DNA of 64,000 nucleotides from positions 14,064-78,063 of the forward strand of contig CACOBL010000004.1 of the NCBI GenBank assembly GCA_902625455.1, given 5' to 3'. The translations under genes were made by a program, and so were the position numbers. Positions 25,033 through 34,925 of the stretch are shown here, piece by piece. Origin of the DNA: an uncultured Candidatus Actinomarina sp. (GTDB lineage Bacteria > Actinomycetota > Acidimicrobiia > Actinomarinales > Actinomarinaceae). The notes beneath the pieces are model-generated. The model was not told the DNA's origin. It was given only the letters and a program-made list of their open reading frames with translations, and ran no database searches. The stretch's first letter is position 1. Each line of letters opens with the position of its first letter.

Positions 25033-25916
25033 TAAATAAATTAAAATTAGATGATTTTGAATTATCATACATAACTCAAGGAGAGGGGAGAGATGTACTT
25101 TTGTTGCATGGATTTCCCTCAAATATGTATTTCTGGAATGATATTAAAGAGGAATTAATAAAAGAATTTAGAGTTACAGTTGTTGAACAAAGAGGATATC
25201 CATTGTCTTCTATTAAAAATCCTATAATAAGTGACTTTAATATTGAAAATTTATCGTCAGATGTAGAAAAGTTAATAAGTAAACTAAATCTAACTAACAA
25301 TCTTGTAATTGTTGGACATGACTGGGGTTCTATTGTTGCCTGGTCGGTAGCTTCCAGAGGTAATGTAGAAATTAGAAAGTTAATCTCAATATGCGGTGGA
25401 ACTGAGTTTCCTTCATCAAGTGTGTACGATAATTTAACTTTTAATAAAAGACCACATTATATAAGTTCATTTCAAAATCCTGAACAATCAAATATATTAC
25501 TTTCTAAAAATCTCGATTTATTCTTTAGATCTGCATATAGAATTACTCCAAAAATTGATTACAAAAATTTTGATTTGTCTTTAAATAGTTTGTTTACGAC
25601 ATATAACTTGCAGAGTAAACTGCACAAGATAGACATAGAATCACTAGTTAGACATTTTAAAAATGGAATGCAACAATCAATTTCATGGTATTCGAATATC
25701 GATTTTAATGTAGAACTATCTAGTCAATGGAGAAGAGAACTAGACATTGAAACAATATTTTTATTTGGAGAAAATGATGCTGCAGTTAAATTAAATGAAA
25801 AAATGTCTAATAGATTAAAATTATCAGGAACAAAGGTAACAGTTAAAGAAGTTAAAAATGCAGATCATTGGCTACCATTAACTCATAAGGAGAGTGTAAT
25901 ACGTGAAATTGTTTAA
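25029..25916 (+). CDS. Alpha/beta-fold hydrolase (epoxide hydrolase / haloalkane dehalogenase-like)
   Basis: LLLHGFPSNMYFW and the nucleophile elbow VGHDWGS. Confidence 0.75.
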   Translation: MINKLKLDDFELSYITQGEGRDVLLLHGFPSNMYFWNDIKEELIKEFRVTVVEQRGYPLSSIKNPIISDFNIENLSSDVEKLISKLNLTNNLVIVGHDWGSIVAWSVASRGNVEIRKLISICGGTEFPSSSVYDNLTFNKRPHYISSFQNPEQSNILLSKNLDLFFRSAYRITPKIDYKNFDLSLNSLFTTYNLQSKLHKIDIESLVRHFKNGMQQSISWYSNIDFNVELSSQWRRELDIETIFLFGENDAAVKLNEKMSNRLKLSGTKVTVKEVKNADHWLPLTHKESVIREIV

Positions 25917-25954
25917 ATATTCAGTTTGTCCTATAATATATATTATGTTGCGTT

Positions 25955-26893
25955 ATGCTTAAACATATATTACATGATCACTTAGATGGTGGTTTAAGGC
26001 CTGCAACTGCATTAGAATTAGCAAAATCTATAAATTACAAACCGTTACTCGAAATAGAAGATGTTGAAAGTTTTTTTGATAGATCACTTTCAAATTCATT
26101 GGAAGAATATTTAGAAGCATTTACACATACAATTGCACTAATGCAAAATTTTTCTTCAATTGAGAGGATAGCGTTTGAAGCAGCTGAAGATATGCATAAG
26201 AACGGTATTGATTATTACGAATCAAGATATGCACCCTTTTATTCAGTAAACTCAAGTACAACTCCCCTAGAAGTTATTGATGCTATTAATTCAGGTTTTA
26301 AACTTGCTGAAGACTCATATGGTATTAAATCTGGTTTAATATTGTGCGGAATGCGTCATGATGCAGAAGATGTTATTAATGTTGCAAATCTCTGCGTTGA
26401 AGTTAAGGATAAAATAATTGGATTTGATATTGCAGGTCCTGAACTTAATTATCCACCTTCATTATTTAGTGAAAGCTTCAAAAAAGTTAAAGATACTGGT
26501 ATCAACATTACAATTCATGCAGGGGAAGGTGATGGTGTCAATTCAATTAATGACGCCCTTGAAAACGGAGCAATGAGAATAGGTCATGGTGTAAGGATTA
26601 TTGAAGATATAAATGATGAAAAATTTGGAAATACTGCATCAAAAATATTAGATTTACAAGTACCTCTAGAAATTTGTATCACTTCAAACATACATACAAA
26701 CATGTATGAAGATTATGATTCACATCCTATTGTTGATTTAGTGGATTATGGTTTTAATGTTTACTTAAACACTGATAATAGGTTAATGAGTAATACTTCA
26801 GTATCAAATGAGTTAGAAATTGCTAAAGGCTTAGGAATAGAAAATGTTGAAAAATTGCTTATGTATTCAGCTAGCGATAGCTTCTTTGACTAA
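25955..26893 (+). CDS. add: Adenosine deaminase family protein
   Basis: HDHLDGGLRP N-terminal metal-binding motif and the TIHAGE motif. 312 aa. Confidence 0.8.
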   Translation: MLKHILHDHLDGGLRPATALELAKSINYKPLLEIEDVESFFDRSLSNSLEEYLEAFTHTIALMQNFSSIERIAFEAAEDMHKNGIDYYESRYAPFYSVNSSTTPLEVIDAINSGFKLAEDSYGIKSGLILCGMRHDAEDVINVANLCVEVKDKIIGFDIAGPELNYPPSLFSESFKKVKDTGINITIHAGEGDGVNSINDALENGAMRIGHGVRIIEDINDEKFGNTASKILDLQVPLEICITSNIHTNMYEDYDSHPIVDLVDYGFNVYLNTDNRLMSNTSVSNELEIAKGLGIENVEKLLMYSASDSFFD

Positions 26894-27199
26894 ATTTTTA
26901 TTGTCTTTTGTAAGAAAGTTATAAAACTGTTCTTCATTAATTAGTTTGAATGTACTCATTGGGTATAATTTTTTTGCTAATTTGATTTTTCGTTGCTTTT
27001 TTGTAATTAGTTTTTGATCCATAGTTGTAATTTCAATATATATATTCATGTCAGGTAAATAAAAATCAGGTGTGAACATCATTCTTATAGCACCACTTCC
27101 CCACTTCAAGGGAAAGCTCTTAGGTTCATAAATCCAATTAATATCGAATAAATCTAAATGATTAGCGAATATTTCTTCTGAATGATGGGCAAATTTCAT
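26867..27199 (-). CDS. Hypothetical protein (possible PD-(D/E)xK-like fold)
   Basis: 110 aa. PDFYLPDMNIYIEITTMDQK resembles a PD...E/D-x-K nuclease core. Overlaps the MerR gene start by 4 nt. Confidence 0.3.
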   Translation of the reverse strand: MKFAHHSEEIFANHLDLFDINWIYEPKSFPLKWGSGAIRMMFTPDFYLPDMNIYIEITTMDQKLITKKQRKIKLAKKLYPMSTFKLINEEQFYNFLTKDNKNLVKEAIAS

Positions 27200-27639
27200 T
27201 TATTAGCAGCTGAAGCTTTGTCAGGATAAAGTGACAATATCTCAGCTTCCGTTTCAGTGTGTACAGGCCCTAATGAAATTCCAAATACTGCTTGACCTTT
27301 TTTAAGTAAGTCAATCATTTGGTCGTTGTCAGATAAAACATAGATAGATGATCCATCAGAAAAAATAGAGACATCAGATATATTTGAATTTTTACCTAGA
27401 ATTTTATTTACATTTTTTAAAGCAATTCTTATTTTTTGTAAACTTACTCCAGCAGATCTTAATTTTTTTACTAATTTGACTAAGATAATGTCATTAAATG
27501 AATAGATTCTATGAAATCCAGATCCTTTAATATTCCTAACAGAAGCATCTATTAATTTCGTTGTAGTCCAATGATCTAGTTGTCTATACGATATACCCGT
27601 TATATTACAAACTTCTGGACCTGTGTAACCCTGCTGCAT
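27196..27639 (-). CDS. MerR-family transcriptional regulator
   Basis: N-terminal HTH (YTGPEVCNITGISYRQLDHWTTTKLI). Position corresponds to the MerR gene downstream of the DUF151 gene in the garA cluster. Confidence 0.7.
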   Translation of the reverse strand: MQQGYTGPEVCNITGISYRQLDHWTTTKLIDASVRNIKGSGFHRIYSFNDIILVKLVKKLRSAGVSLQKIRIALKNVNKILGKNSNISDVSIFSDGSSIYVLSDNDQMIDLLKKGQAVFGISLGPVHTETEAEILSLYPDKASAANK

Positions 27640-27677
27640 AAGATCAATCTACTATGATTATTTATTTTATCAAGGTT

Positions 27678-28157
27678 TTAGGAAAAATCGTTTGGATTAA
27701 CATTGTCAATGAAATCAATGAATTCCTCTAAGTCAACTGATTTTTCATCAAAAATTTCTATGGAATTATTATTAAATACCTCATAATCTACAGATATTTT
27801 TGATGAAGTTCTTAAAGCTAAAGCTATTGCATCGCTTGGTCTTGAAGATAACTTAACTTCACCATCACCAGTTAATAAACTAATCTCAGCAAAATAAGTT
27901 TTATCCTGTATGTCTGTAATACAAACTTCAATAATTTTTGAATTAAGTGATTCAATTATATTTACAAGTAAATCATGAGTTTGTGGACGCGGATGTACAA
28001 ATCCTTCTTGCGCATAAGCTATCGAAACTGCTTCAATAGTGCCAATCCATATAGGAAGAACTTTATTTGTATTTGGCTGTTGAAGAAGCATTATTGGAGT
28101 ATCAGTCTCTTCTTCTAATCGGATTGATCCTACCTCTACATAAACTTTACTATCCAT
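27678..28157 (-). CDS. Bifunctional nuclease family protein (BFN / DUF151)
   Basis: VEVGSIRLEEETDTPIMLLQQ...LPIWIG..EA matches the DUF151 N-terminus. Conserved partner of garA/MerR genes in actinobacteria. Confidence 0.7.
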   Translation of the reverse strand: MDSKVYVEVGSIRLEEETDTPIMLLQQPNTNKVLPIWIGTIEAVSIAYAQEGFVHPRPQTHDLLVNIIESLNSKIIEVCITDIQDKTYFAEISLLTGDGEVKLSSRPSDAIALALRTSSKISVDYEVFNNNSIEIFDEKSVDLEEFIDFIDNVNPNDFS

Positions 28158-28188
28158 AATTAAATTTTAGTTAGAGTCTCGTAAAAGA

Positions 28189-29172
28189 TTATCTATTAAA
28201 TATATTATTCAGAAATCTATTTGACCAATGAAATTTATATTCTATATTGCTTGAGGTATTTATTTTAAATTTTCTTTCTTCATTAATTTCCGAATAAAAT
28301 ATTTTGAATATATTATTTTTAATCTCTACGTAATAAGATATGTCTTCTTCATTTAATTTTTTAAAATAATAAAATTCATTATTATTTTTTATGAATTGAA
28401 TATTATTTGAATTTCTAATTGTGTATAACTGAGAATCTTTATCGAGTATTTTCAAATTACCATAATTATCTTTAGATATTTGATATAAAATTTTTGTATC
28501 TAAAAAATGATTTAGTTTTTCATCATCAACTATAGATTTATTTACTATCGTTATTATCTTCCGATTATTTTTTTGATTGTAACCAACAAACGTTAACCCA
28601 GCATTTGAAGTCCAACCTGTTTTAAGACCGATAAATCCACTGTCAATAATTAAATTTGTATTTTTATAACCATTTTGCTTTAATTTATCAAAATAAACTT
28701 CCTGTTTACTTGTAATGTCTAGAAGCTTTGTATTTTCTAATATGTAAATGCTTAATTTGAGTAGATCCTTAGCTGTAGTGAAATGATTTTCTTCGTCTAA
28801 TCCATCTGGATTAACAAAATTAGTTGATAACATTGACAAACTTTTACTTTTTTTGTTCATTTCTATAATAAATTGCTCATAATTAGAAAAAACAGAATTG
28901 GCAACAATATAAGCAGCATCATTAGCTGAATAGACTAATAAAAGTTCTAAAAGCTCCTCGGTGGTTACTGAAATGCCCTCAGGTATATATGCTACTTTTC
29001 CAGAATATGCATAATTTGCAGGATATGAGGTTATAAATTCATGATTTAATGGAAAGTTCTCATACAATATAAGAGCGGTCATTAACTTAGTTATTGATGC
29101 AGGCGCAATACTTGTATCAATATTTTTTGCATACATTATCTTTTCGTATTCATAATCGTATGAAAGATACAC
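28189..29172 (-). CDS. D-alanyl-D-alanine carboxypeptidase (serine-type, PBP5/DacB-like)
   Basis: SxxK active site (PASITKLMTALI). N-terminal signal or TM. Peptidase S11-like. Confidence 0.7.
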   Translation of the reverse strand: MYLSYDYEYEKIMYAKNIDTSIAPASITKLMTALILYENFPLNHEFITSYPANYAYSGKVAYIPEGISVTTEELLELLLVYSANDAAYIVANSVFSNYEQFIIEMNKKSKSLSMLSTNFVNPDGLDEENHFTTAKDLLKLSIYILENTKLLDITSKQEVYFDKLKQNGYKNTNLIIDSGFIGLKTGWTSNAGLTFVGYNQKNNRKIITIVNKSIVDDEKLNHFLDTKILYQISKDNYGNLKILDKDSQLYTIRNSNNIQFIKNNNEFYYFKKLNEEDISYYVEIKNNIFKIFYSEINEERKFKINTSSNIEYKFHWSNRFLNNIFNR

Positions 29173-29252
29173 CTCAGCTGTTAAAGGTACGTCAGCTGTT
29201 TCAAGAGCACTTACAGGCTGAATAAAAAATATAAAAACTAATGTAAATATAA

Positions 29253-29822
29253 TTATTTTTTTAATATCAATCCTTTAATAATTTTTGTAAGGTTTTCAAC
29301 AATTACTTCTTCGTTTACATTTTCATCTTGGATCGTTGTTATCAGATAATCAGTGAAGCCCTCTGTTCTGTCAGATACAGATTTAATAGTTGTAAAATTT
29401 CTAGGTTGAAGTCCTAATTCTAAAAAGAAAGACCAAGATTTTAATCTCTCAAGGTCTAAATGATTATATATTTCCTTTTCTTCTTCAAACTCATATTTAA
29501 TCAGTTCATCATAATCTTTATCGCTAATCCCTGAATTTTTTAATATATCATGTTTACTGTATTCTGAAATAATTATTTTTTTATTATCTTTTTTAGTTAA
29601 CAAAGATGAATTATTTTTAATAGCTTTTAAACTATAAAATTGATTTTCTTGGAGGTCTAAAATTTTATTTATTTTCTTTAAATCTTTTTCTGTAAATATT
29701 CTGGTTCCACCGGACGATCTTTTTGGTTTTATTAAACCTTCTTTTTCTAAAAATCTTATTCTAGATATTGATACTGATGGATAACTTTTTTTTAATTCTT
29801 TAACTAATTGACCAATATTCAT
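29253..29822 (-). CDS. MerR-family regulator (FtsR-like)
   Basis: N-terminal MerR HTH (MNIGQLVKELKKSYPSVSISRIRFLEKEGLI). Sits directly downstream of the FHA gene as ftsR/Rv1828 does. Confidence 0.6.
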   Translation of the reverse strand: MNIGQLVKELKKSYPSVSISRIRFLEKEGLIKPKRSSGGTRIFTEKDLKKINKILDLQENQFYSLKAIKNNSSLLTKKDNKKIIISEYSKHDILKNSGISDKDYDELIKYEFEEEKEIYNHLDLERLKSWSFFLELGLQPRNFTTIKSVSDRTEGFTDYLITTIQDENVNEEVIVENLTKIIKGLILKK

Positions 29823-29824
29823 AA

Positions 29825-30166
29825 TTAAACTTTTGTGAATAATAGTTGAAATTTTCCTATTTGTAATTTGTCTCCAGATTTAATAATTGCATCATTCGCA
29901 ATTAAATTATCATTTACATAAATTCCATTTGTTGAATTATTATCAGTTATTTTTACTTTCTCATTGTTTATATCAATTGAAGCATGATTCCTTGATACTG
30001 TTACATCATCTAAAATAATTTGGTGATTTAATAGTCTTCCAATAGTGTATTGACCATTTAGAAGTATCCATGAAGAAGACATTAATTCTAAATTTAATAA
30101 TGTGAGTAAGTACTTTATATTTTTATTACTTGCCTGCTTTTCTAGAGGTTTTGTATGATCATCCAT
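29825..30166 (-). CDS. FHA-domain protein (GarA/OdhI-like)
   Basis: Canonical FHA core (YTIGRLLNHQIILDDVTVSRNHASI...STNGIYVND...SGDKLQIGKFQLLF). Confidence 0.8.
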   Translation of the reverse strand: MDDHTKPLEKQASNKNIKYLLTLLNLELMSSSWILLNGQYTIGRLLNHQIILDDVTVSRNHASIDINNEKVKITDNNSTNGIYVNDNLIANDAIIKSGDKLQIGKFQLLFTKV

Positions 30167-30689
30167 GCTTATATATTAAGTTATATAAATATTCAAAAGC
30201 AACATAAAAATATAATATTAATATTGCAATAGCTAACTCATTAATAAATAGAATTGAAATATCTGTATTAAGTACATATAGGCATATAACAACAAACATA
30301 AGAACCGTTGACAATTTCCCCTTATTAGAAACTTTTATTTCTCTTTTGCTGAATAGTACGATTAGAGAACCTATCAAAATAAGAATTTCTCTAACAATTA
30401 TTCCTGATAAAAAATAACCAGGAATAATATCTCTTATCCAAAATAAAAGAAGAATAAATACTACTCTATCGGTGAATGGATCAAGAATTATTCCTAACTT
30501 TGATACTAAATTGTATCTTCTTGCAACAATTCCATCTAATGAATCACTTAATCCAACTAATGCTATAAAAACTATTAAAGGAAGAACTTCAAAATCATTG
30601 GGTGTAAATCGAAAGAAAATGATTGTCACAATTACCAAACGAGATAATGTGATTAAATTTGGAGCAAGGAAAATATCCTTAAATTTCAA
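30159..30689 (-). CDS. pgsA: CDP-alcohol phosphatidyltransferase (PgsA-like)
   Basis: D-G-x2-A-R...G-x3-D-x3-D motif (DSLDGIVARR...GIILDPFTDR). Multi-TM. Confidence 0.8.
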   Translation of the reverse strand: MKFKDIFLAPNLITLSRLVIVTIIFFRFTPNDFEVLPLIVFIALVGLSDSLDGIVARRYNLVSKLGIILDPFTDRVVFILLLFWIRDIIPGYFLSGIIVREILILIGSLIVLFSKREIKVSNKGKLSTVLMFVVICLYVLNTDISILFINELAIAILILYFYVAFEYLYNLIYKHG

Positions 30690-31639
30690 ATAATACCCTT
30701 AACATCATGAGTTGCAATATAATGCTCATTGCCAATATCAATCATTGGTTTATCAGATCCATATTTCTCAATCAATGAATCTAACTCTTCAAAATTTATA
30801 TCATACACTTTCCTATCATATGATGGGTCCGGAACAGGAATAGATGAAATCAATCTTTTAGTGTAAGGATGTACTGGATTATTTAACAATTCTTCAGTTT
30901 CGGCAATTTCTACAATCTTTCCATTAAACATAACAGCAATTCTATTACACATATATCTTGCAACCGCAAGATCATGGGTAATGTACAGATAAGAAACTTC
31001 TAAATCTTTAGCAAGATTTAACATTAAGTCCATAATTGAAATTCTTATAGATACATCCAACATAGATGTTGGTTCATCGCAAACTACAAACTTTGGTTTC
31101 ATTATAAGAGTTCTTGCTATTGATACCCTTTGTCTTTGACCTCCAGATAATTCATGGGGATACCTAGGCATATAATTTTCTGGTGGTGTCAAACCTACTG
31201 TTTGTAAAATTTCAGAAACTGCTTCTTCTCTCTCATCTAAATCACCAATATTATGAATATTGAGTGGTTCTAATATAATATCTTTAATAGTCCATCTTGG
31301 ATTAAGAGATTCATAGGGATCTTGAAAAATCATTTGTATATTTCTTCTGAATTTCTTTAATTCTTCCCCTTCAAGCTCATCGATACTTTGCATTGATGAT
31401 GTTTCATTATTGAAAAAATTAACCTCTCCCCCAGTTTTAGGATCTAATAGGCAAAGTGCTCTTGCAGTTGTTGTTTTTCCGCATCCACTTTGACCAACAA
31501 GTCCTAAACTCTCTCCAAAAGGAATTTCAAAAGTTATATCGTCTACAGCTTTTACCGTAGTTTTTTTTCTTGAAAAAAAGCCACCAGAAACTTCAAAATA
31601 TTTTTCTAAATTTTTGACTTCAATTACATTTTTTTTCAT
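30686..31639 (-). CDS. Oligopeptide/dipeptide ABC transporter ATP-binding protein (OppF/DppF-like)
   Basis: Walker A GQSGCGKTT, signature LSGGQRQR, Walker B VVCDEPTS and the Opp C-terminal extension. Confidence 0.85.
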   Translation of the reverse strand: MKKNVIEVKNLEKYFEVSGGFFSRKKTTVKAVDDITFEIPFGESLGLVGQSGCGKTTTARALCLLDPKTGGEVNFFNNETSSMQSIDELEGEELKKFRRNIQMIFQDPYESLNPRWTIKDIILEPLNIHNIGDLDEREEAVSEILQTVGLTPPENYMPRYPHELSGGQRQRVSIARTLIMKPKFVVCDEPTSMLDVSIRISIMDLMLNLAKDLEVSYLYITHDLAVARYMCNRIAVMFNGKIVEIAETEELLNNPVHPYTKRLISSIPVPDPSYDRKVYDINFEELDSLIEKYGSDKPMIDIGNEHYIATHDVKGII

Positions 31640-32614
31640 CTATCCACACTCCACGCAACATTTATCAGCAAAGTGTCCATCAGCAACTTCTATTAATCCC
31701 ATTTCTGAATTACCACTTTTACATTTGTCTGATGGGTCAGGACATCTTGGTGAAAAAGAACAACCATTTTCTTCACCTATCAAACTTGGGGGTTCACCCT
31801 CTAATGATCTTAATTTTTTCTTCTCGCCTACAACGGATGGGGTTGACTCTAATAATAACCGAGTATAAGCGTGTTTTGGATTGCTAAATACTTGATCTGT
31901 AGGCCCAATTTCAACAATTGAACCAGCATACATTACAGCCATTTGATCTGTCATTTCTGCAATAACAGCAATATCGTGAGAAATATAAATTAAACTTAAA
32001 CCTAATAGTTCTTGAACTTTTTTAATCTCTTTTAAAATCTGATCTTGTATAACAACATCAAGCGCAGTAGTAGGTTCATCAGCAATAACAACTTTTGGAT
32101 CACATGATAGAGCTAGTGCAATTACAGCTCTTTGTTTCATTCCTCCAGATAATTCATGAGGAAATCTATCCATTATCGATGAATCTAAGTCCACCATTTT
32201 AAATAAACTTTCAATTTTTTCAGTATTCTCATTTTTTGTATTGTTTGGATAATGCTCTCTAATTGCTTCCCTAATTTGCTCGCCCACCTTAACAACAGGA
32301 TTCCAAGCATTCATTGCACCCTGAAAGACAATACTAATTCCGTCCCATCGAACTTTTCTTAACTCTGATTCGGACATCCCAACCATTTCGATACCATCTA
32401 GTGAAATGCTGCCGCTGGATATTTTTGCATTATCAGCTTGTAATTGTAATAAACTCATTGCAACAGAAGTTTTACCACATCCAGATTCACCAACAAGTCC
32501 AAATGATTCGCCTTCTTTTACAGAGAATGAAACATTTTTGACAGCTGAAACATTACCGGCAAGTGTTTCATAATGCATGTTTAAATCTTTAACTACTAAA
32601 ACATCTTTAGACAT
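31640..32614 (-). CDS. Oligopeptide/dipeptide ABC transporter ATP-binding protein (OppD/DppD-like)
   Basis: Walker A GESGCGKTS, LSGGMKQR, VIADEPTTALD and a Cys-rich C-terminal Opp domain. Confidence 0.85.
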   Translation of the reverse strand: MSKDVLVVKDLNMHYETLAGNVSAVKNVSFSVKEGESFGLVGESGCGKTSVAMSLLQLQADNAKISSGSISLDGIEMVGMSESELRKVRWDGISIVFQGAMNAWNPVVKVGEQIREAIREHYPNNTKNENTEKIESLFKMVDLDSSIMDRFPHELSGGMKQRAVIALALSCDPKVVIADEPTTALDVVIQDQILKEIKKVQELLGLSLIYISHDIAVIAEMTDQMAVMYAGSIVEIGPTDQVFSNPKHAYTRLLLESTPSVVGEKKKLRSLEGEPPSLIGEENGCSFSPRCPDPSDKCKSGNSEMGLIEVADGHFADKCCVECG

Positions 32615-32616
32615 AT

Positions 32617-33690
32617 TTATCTCTTTCTTAATCTAGGATTGAAAACGTCATCTAATCCTCGACCAACTAAATAAAAACCACCTGCTAAGAATGTAACGGC
32701 TAGTCCAGCCGGTAATATTAACCACCAATATCTCATACCAGAAAATATAAATCCATCAGTTTGTGACAGATAAATCATAATCCCCCAACTCATATCGATA
32801 TTTAATAAACCAAGAAATGATAGAACTGATTCAGATGCAATTGCACCAGTAACACTGAATACCATAAATAACAAAGCAAGTGGAGCTACATTTGGTAAGA
32901 CATGAGAGAATAAAATTTTCATATTAGATCCACCCGTTATCCTTGCAGAATCCACGAATGGTTTAACTTTAACTTGAAGTGCTTGTGATTTTATAGTTAT
33001 AACTGATCCACCTAATCCGCCTAGTACTCCAAGAACAACAGCTAAATGCCATACTTTTAACTCTGCAAATGCAGAAATTATAAATAACAAAGGCAAACTT
33101 GGAAGCATTAATATTAAATCTGATTGTCTCATTAAATAAGCATCTATTTTCCCACCAAAAAAAGCAGCAATGGTGCCCAATATTGTAGATATACCAACAC
33201 CGAGTGTTGCACTTAATAAACCAAGAATAAACGCGACTTGGCTTCCTTCCATAATCTGGGAAAAGATATCTCTACCTAATGAATCTGTACCGAGTATATG
33301 TCTTCTTGAAGGAGGTGCAGGTTGTATAAACGTTTCATACATATCTCCTACCTCAACTCCAGGTGCCATATATAGTTTTTTTACATTGACCTCACCTTTT
33401 GCAGGGCAGTCTTGATAAGACTCGTATTTTTCTGTTGGATATTCTTTTGGACATTCAACAACAAGGAGTGTGTCTTTTATAGGTTCATAACCAACAACCG
33501 GGTCATAGACACCTTTATTCCAAATACCAGTAAGAAACAAAAATGGCTGCAGCAAAGCTAAAAATAAAAAGAAAATTACTATGTATAAACCAATCATTCC
33601 TAATTTACTTTGTTTGAAGAGTTGCCAATTTCTCTTAATTGCTTCTCTACGCAATTCTTTTTGTAAATCTTGATTAAAATTTTCTTCCAT
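32617..33690 (-). CDS. ABC transporter permease (OppC/DppC-like)
   Basis: Polytopic membrane protein. HILGTDSLGRDIFS N-terminal permease motif and the EAA-like loop. Confidence 0.8.
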   Translation of the reverse strand: MEENFNQDLQKELRREAIKRNWQLFKQSKLGMIGLYIVIFFLFLALLQPFLFLTGIWNKGVYDPVVGYEPIKDTLLVVECPKEYPTEKYESYQDCPAKGEVNVKKLYMAPGVEVGDMYETFIQPAPPSRRHILGTDSLGRDIFSQIMEGSQVAFILGLLSATLGVGISTILGTIAAFFGGKIDAYLMRQSDLILMLPSLPLLFIISAFAELKVWHLAVVLGVLGGLGGSVITIKSQALQVKVKPFVDSARITGGSNMKILFSHVLPNVAPLALLFMVFSVTGAIASESVLSFLGLLNIDMSWGIMIYLSQTDGFIFSGMRYWWLILPAGLAVTFLAGGFYLVGRGLDDVFNPRLRKR

Positions 33691-33692
33691 AA

Positions 33693-34865
33693 CTATCCTT
33701 GTGATTTAATCCTTATTCTTGGATCTAAATATGAATATGAAACATCTGCAAGCAAGTGTGCGATTAATGCAAAAACACCAACAAAAGAAAATGTAGCCAT
33801 AGCAACTGGAATATCTTCTTCTAAAACACTTTGAAGTAACAATTGCCCCATTCCAGGCCATGAAAATATCTGTTCTGTTAATACGGATCCATCAATAATA
33901 GTTACTATTGTAAAAATAAATGAAGTCACCACAGGAAGTAGAGCTGTTCTAGCGGCGTGTCTATCCCTGATTCTTTTTTGACTAATACCTTTAGCCCTAG
34001 CAGTTAATATATAATCCTCTTTTAGTACCTCCATCATTGTCGTTCTTGTTAATAGTGCTGTTCCCGCAAAAGCTACAACAGTCACAACCATCACAGGTAA
34101 TATCATGTGGAATGCGATATCAGATGCATATGGTTTTTGAATTAATGCATCACCGTTATTCCAATAAAAATAACTACCTGCAAATATTGTGATTAAACTC
34201 CCAAATCTAATATTTCTTCGAAGACTTAAAGATTCAATACCTCTAGATGCTAAATATGCTGCAAATTGAATCAATGAGATAACTACAGTAAATTTAATCA
34301 TCGATGTAAACACAACATCACTATCAAAAGGTGCGTCATACCATTTTTCAGGGTAAAGAAATTTACCTATTGGTAGCCAACCAAGCTTATATCCAAATAC
34401 CCAAAGCATCATTAATGCAAACCAAGGATAGAAGACTGTATAAGAAAATACCGAAGTAACTGTAATCCATGTTTCAGCTTTTGAACCTCTTCTCCATGCT
34501 AAGACTTTACCTATAAAAAAACCTGTATAAAATGCAACAATATTTACTATTGAAAATAACATCAAAGTTCTCGGAAGTCTTTCTGAAATTAATTCAATTG
34601 GAGTTTTTGGGAAATACTTATAAGAATAACCAAAGTCACCTTTAAAAAAATTAACTATATACATCTGTGTTCTCTCTAAAAGTGGCTTATCAAGACCATA
34701 AATTTCTAATACTCTTTGGTAAGCATCAGGAGGTAAATTTGGATTTAATAAAAGATTTGAAAATGCGTTTCCTGGAATGGCATTAAAAAGTAAGTAAGAA
34801 AATATTAAAAAAAGGAAAAAAACAATTGTCATTTGAAATGTGCGTCTAATGATGTATTCAGCCAT
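33693..34865 (-). CDS. ABC transporter permease (OppB/DppB-like)
   Basis: 390-aa polytopic membrane protein. Binding-protein-dependent transport signature (YILTARAKGISQKRIRDRHAARTALLPVVT). Confidence 0.8.
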   Translation of the reverse strand: MAEYIIRRTFQMTIVFFLFLIFSYLLFNAIPGNAFSNLLLNPNLPPDAYQRVLEIYGLDKPLLERTQMYIVNFFKGDFGYSYKYFPKTPIELISERLPRTLMLFSIVNIVAFYTGFFIGKVLAWRRGSKAETWITVTSVFSYTVFYPWFALMMLWVFGYKLGWLPIGKFLYPEKWYDAPFDSDVVFTSMIKFTVVISLIQFAAYLASRGIESLSLRRNIRFGSLITIFAGSYFYWNNGDALIQKPYASDIAFHMILPVMVVTVVAFAGTALLTRTTMMEVLKEDYILTARAKGISQKRIRDRHAARTALLPVVTSFIFTIVTIIDGSVLTEQIFSWPGMGQLLLQSVLEEDIPVAMATFSFVGVFALIAHLLADVSYSYLDPRIRIKSQG

Positions 34866-34883
34866 AATTTACCTATTTATTAT

Positions 34884-34912
34884 AAAATGGCGGGTAAATT
34901 ACCCGCCATTTT
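34884..34912 (-). promoter_or_regulatory. Perfect hairpin between substrate-binding-protein and permease genes (intra-operon attenuator / mRNA-stabilising stem-loop)
   Basis: AAAATGGCGGGT-aaatt-ACCCGCCATTTT is a 12-bp perfect stem lying between the SBP stop (34926) and the permease start (34865). It is followed on the transcript by a UUUUAUAAU run. Confidence 0.5.
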
Positions 34913-34925
34913 ATGTACATTTTAA

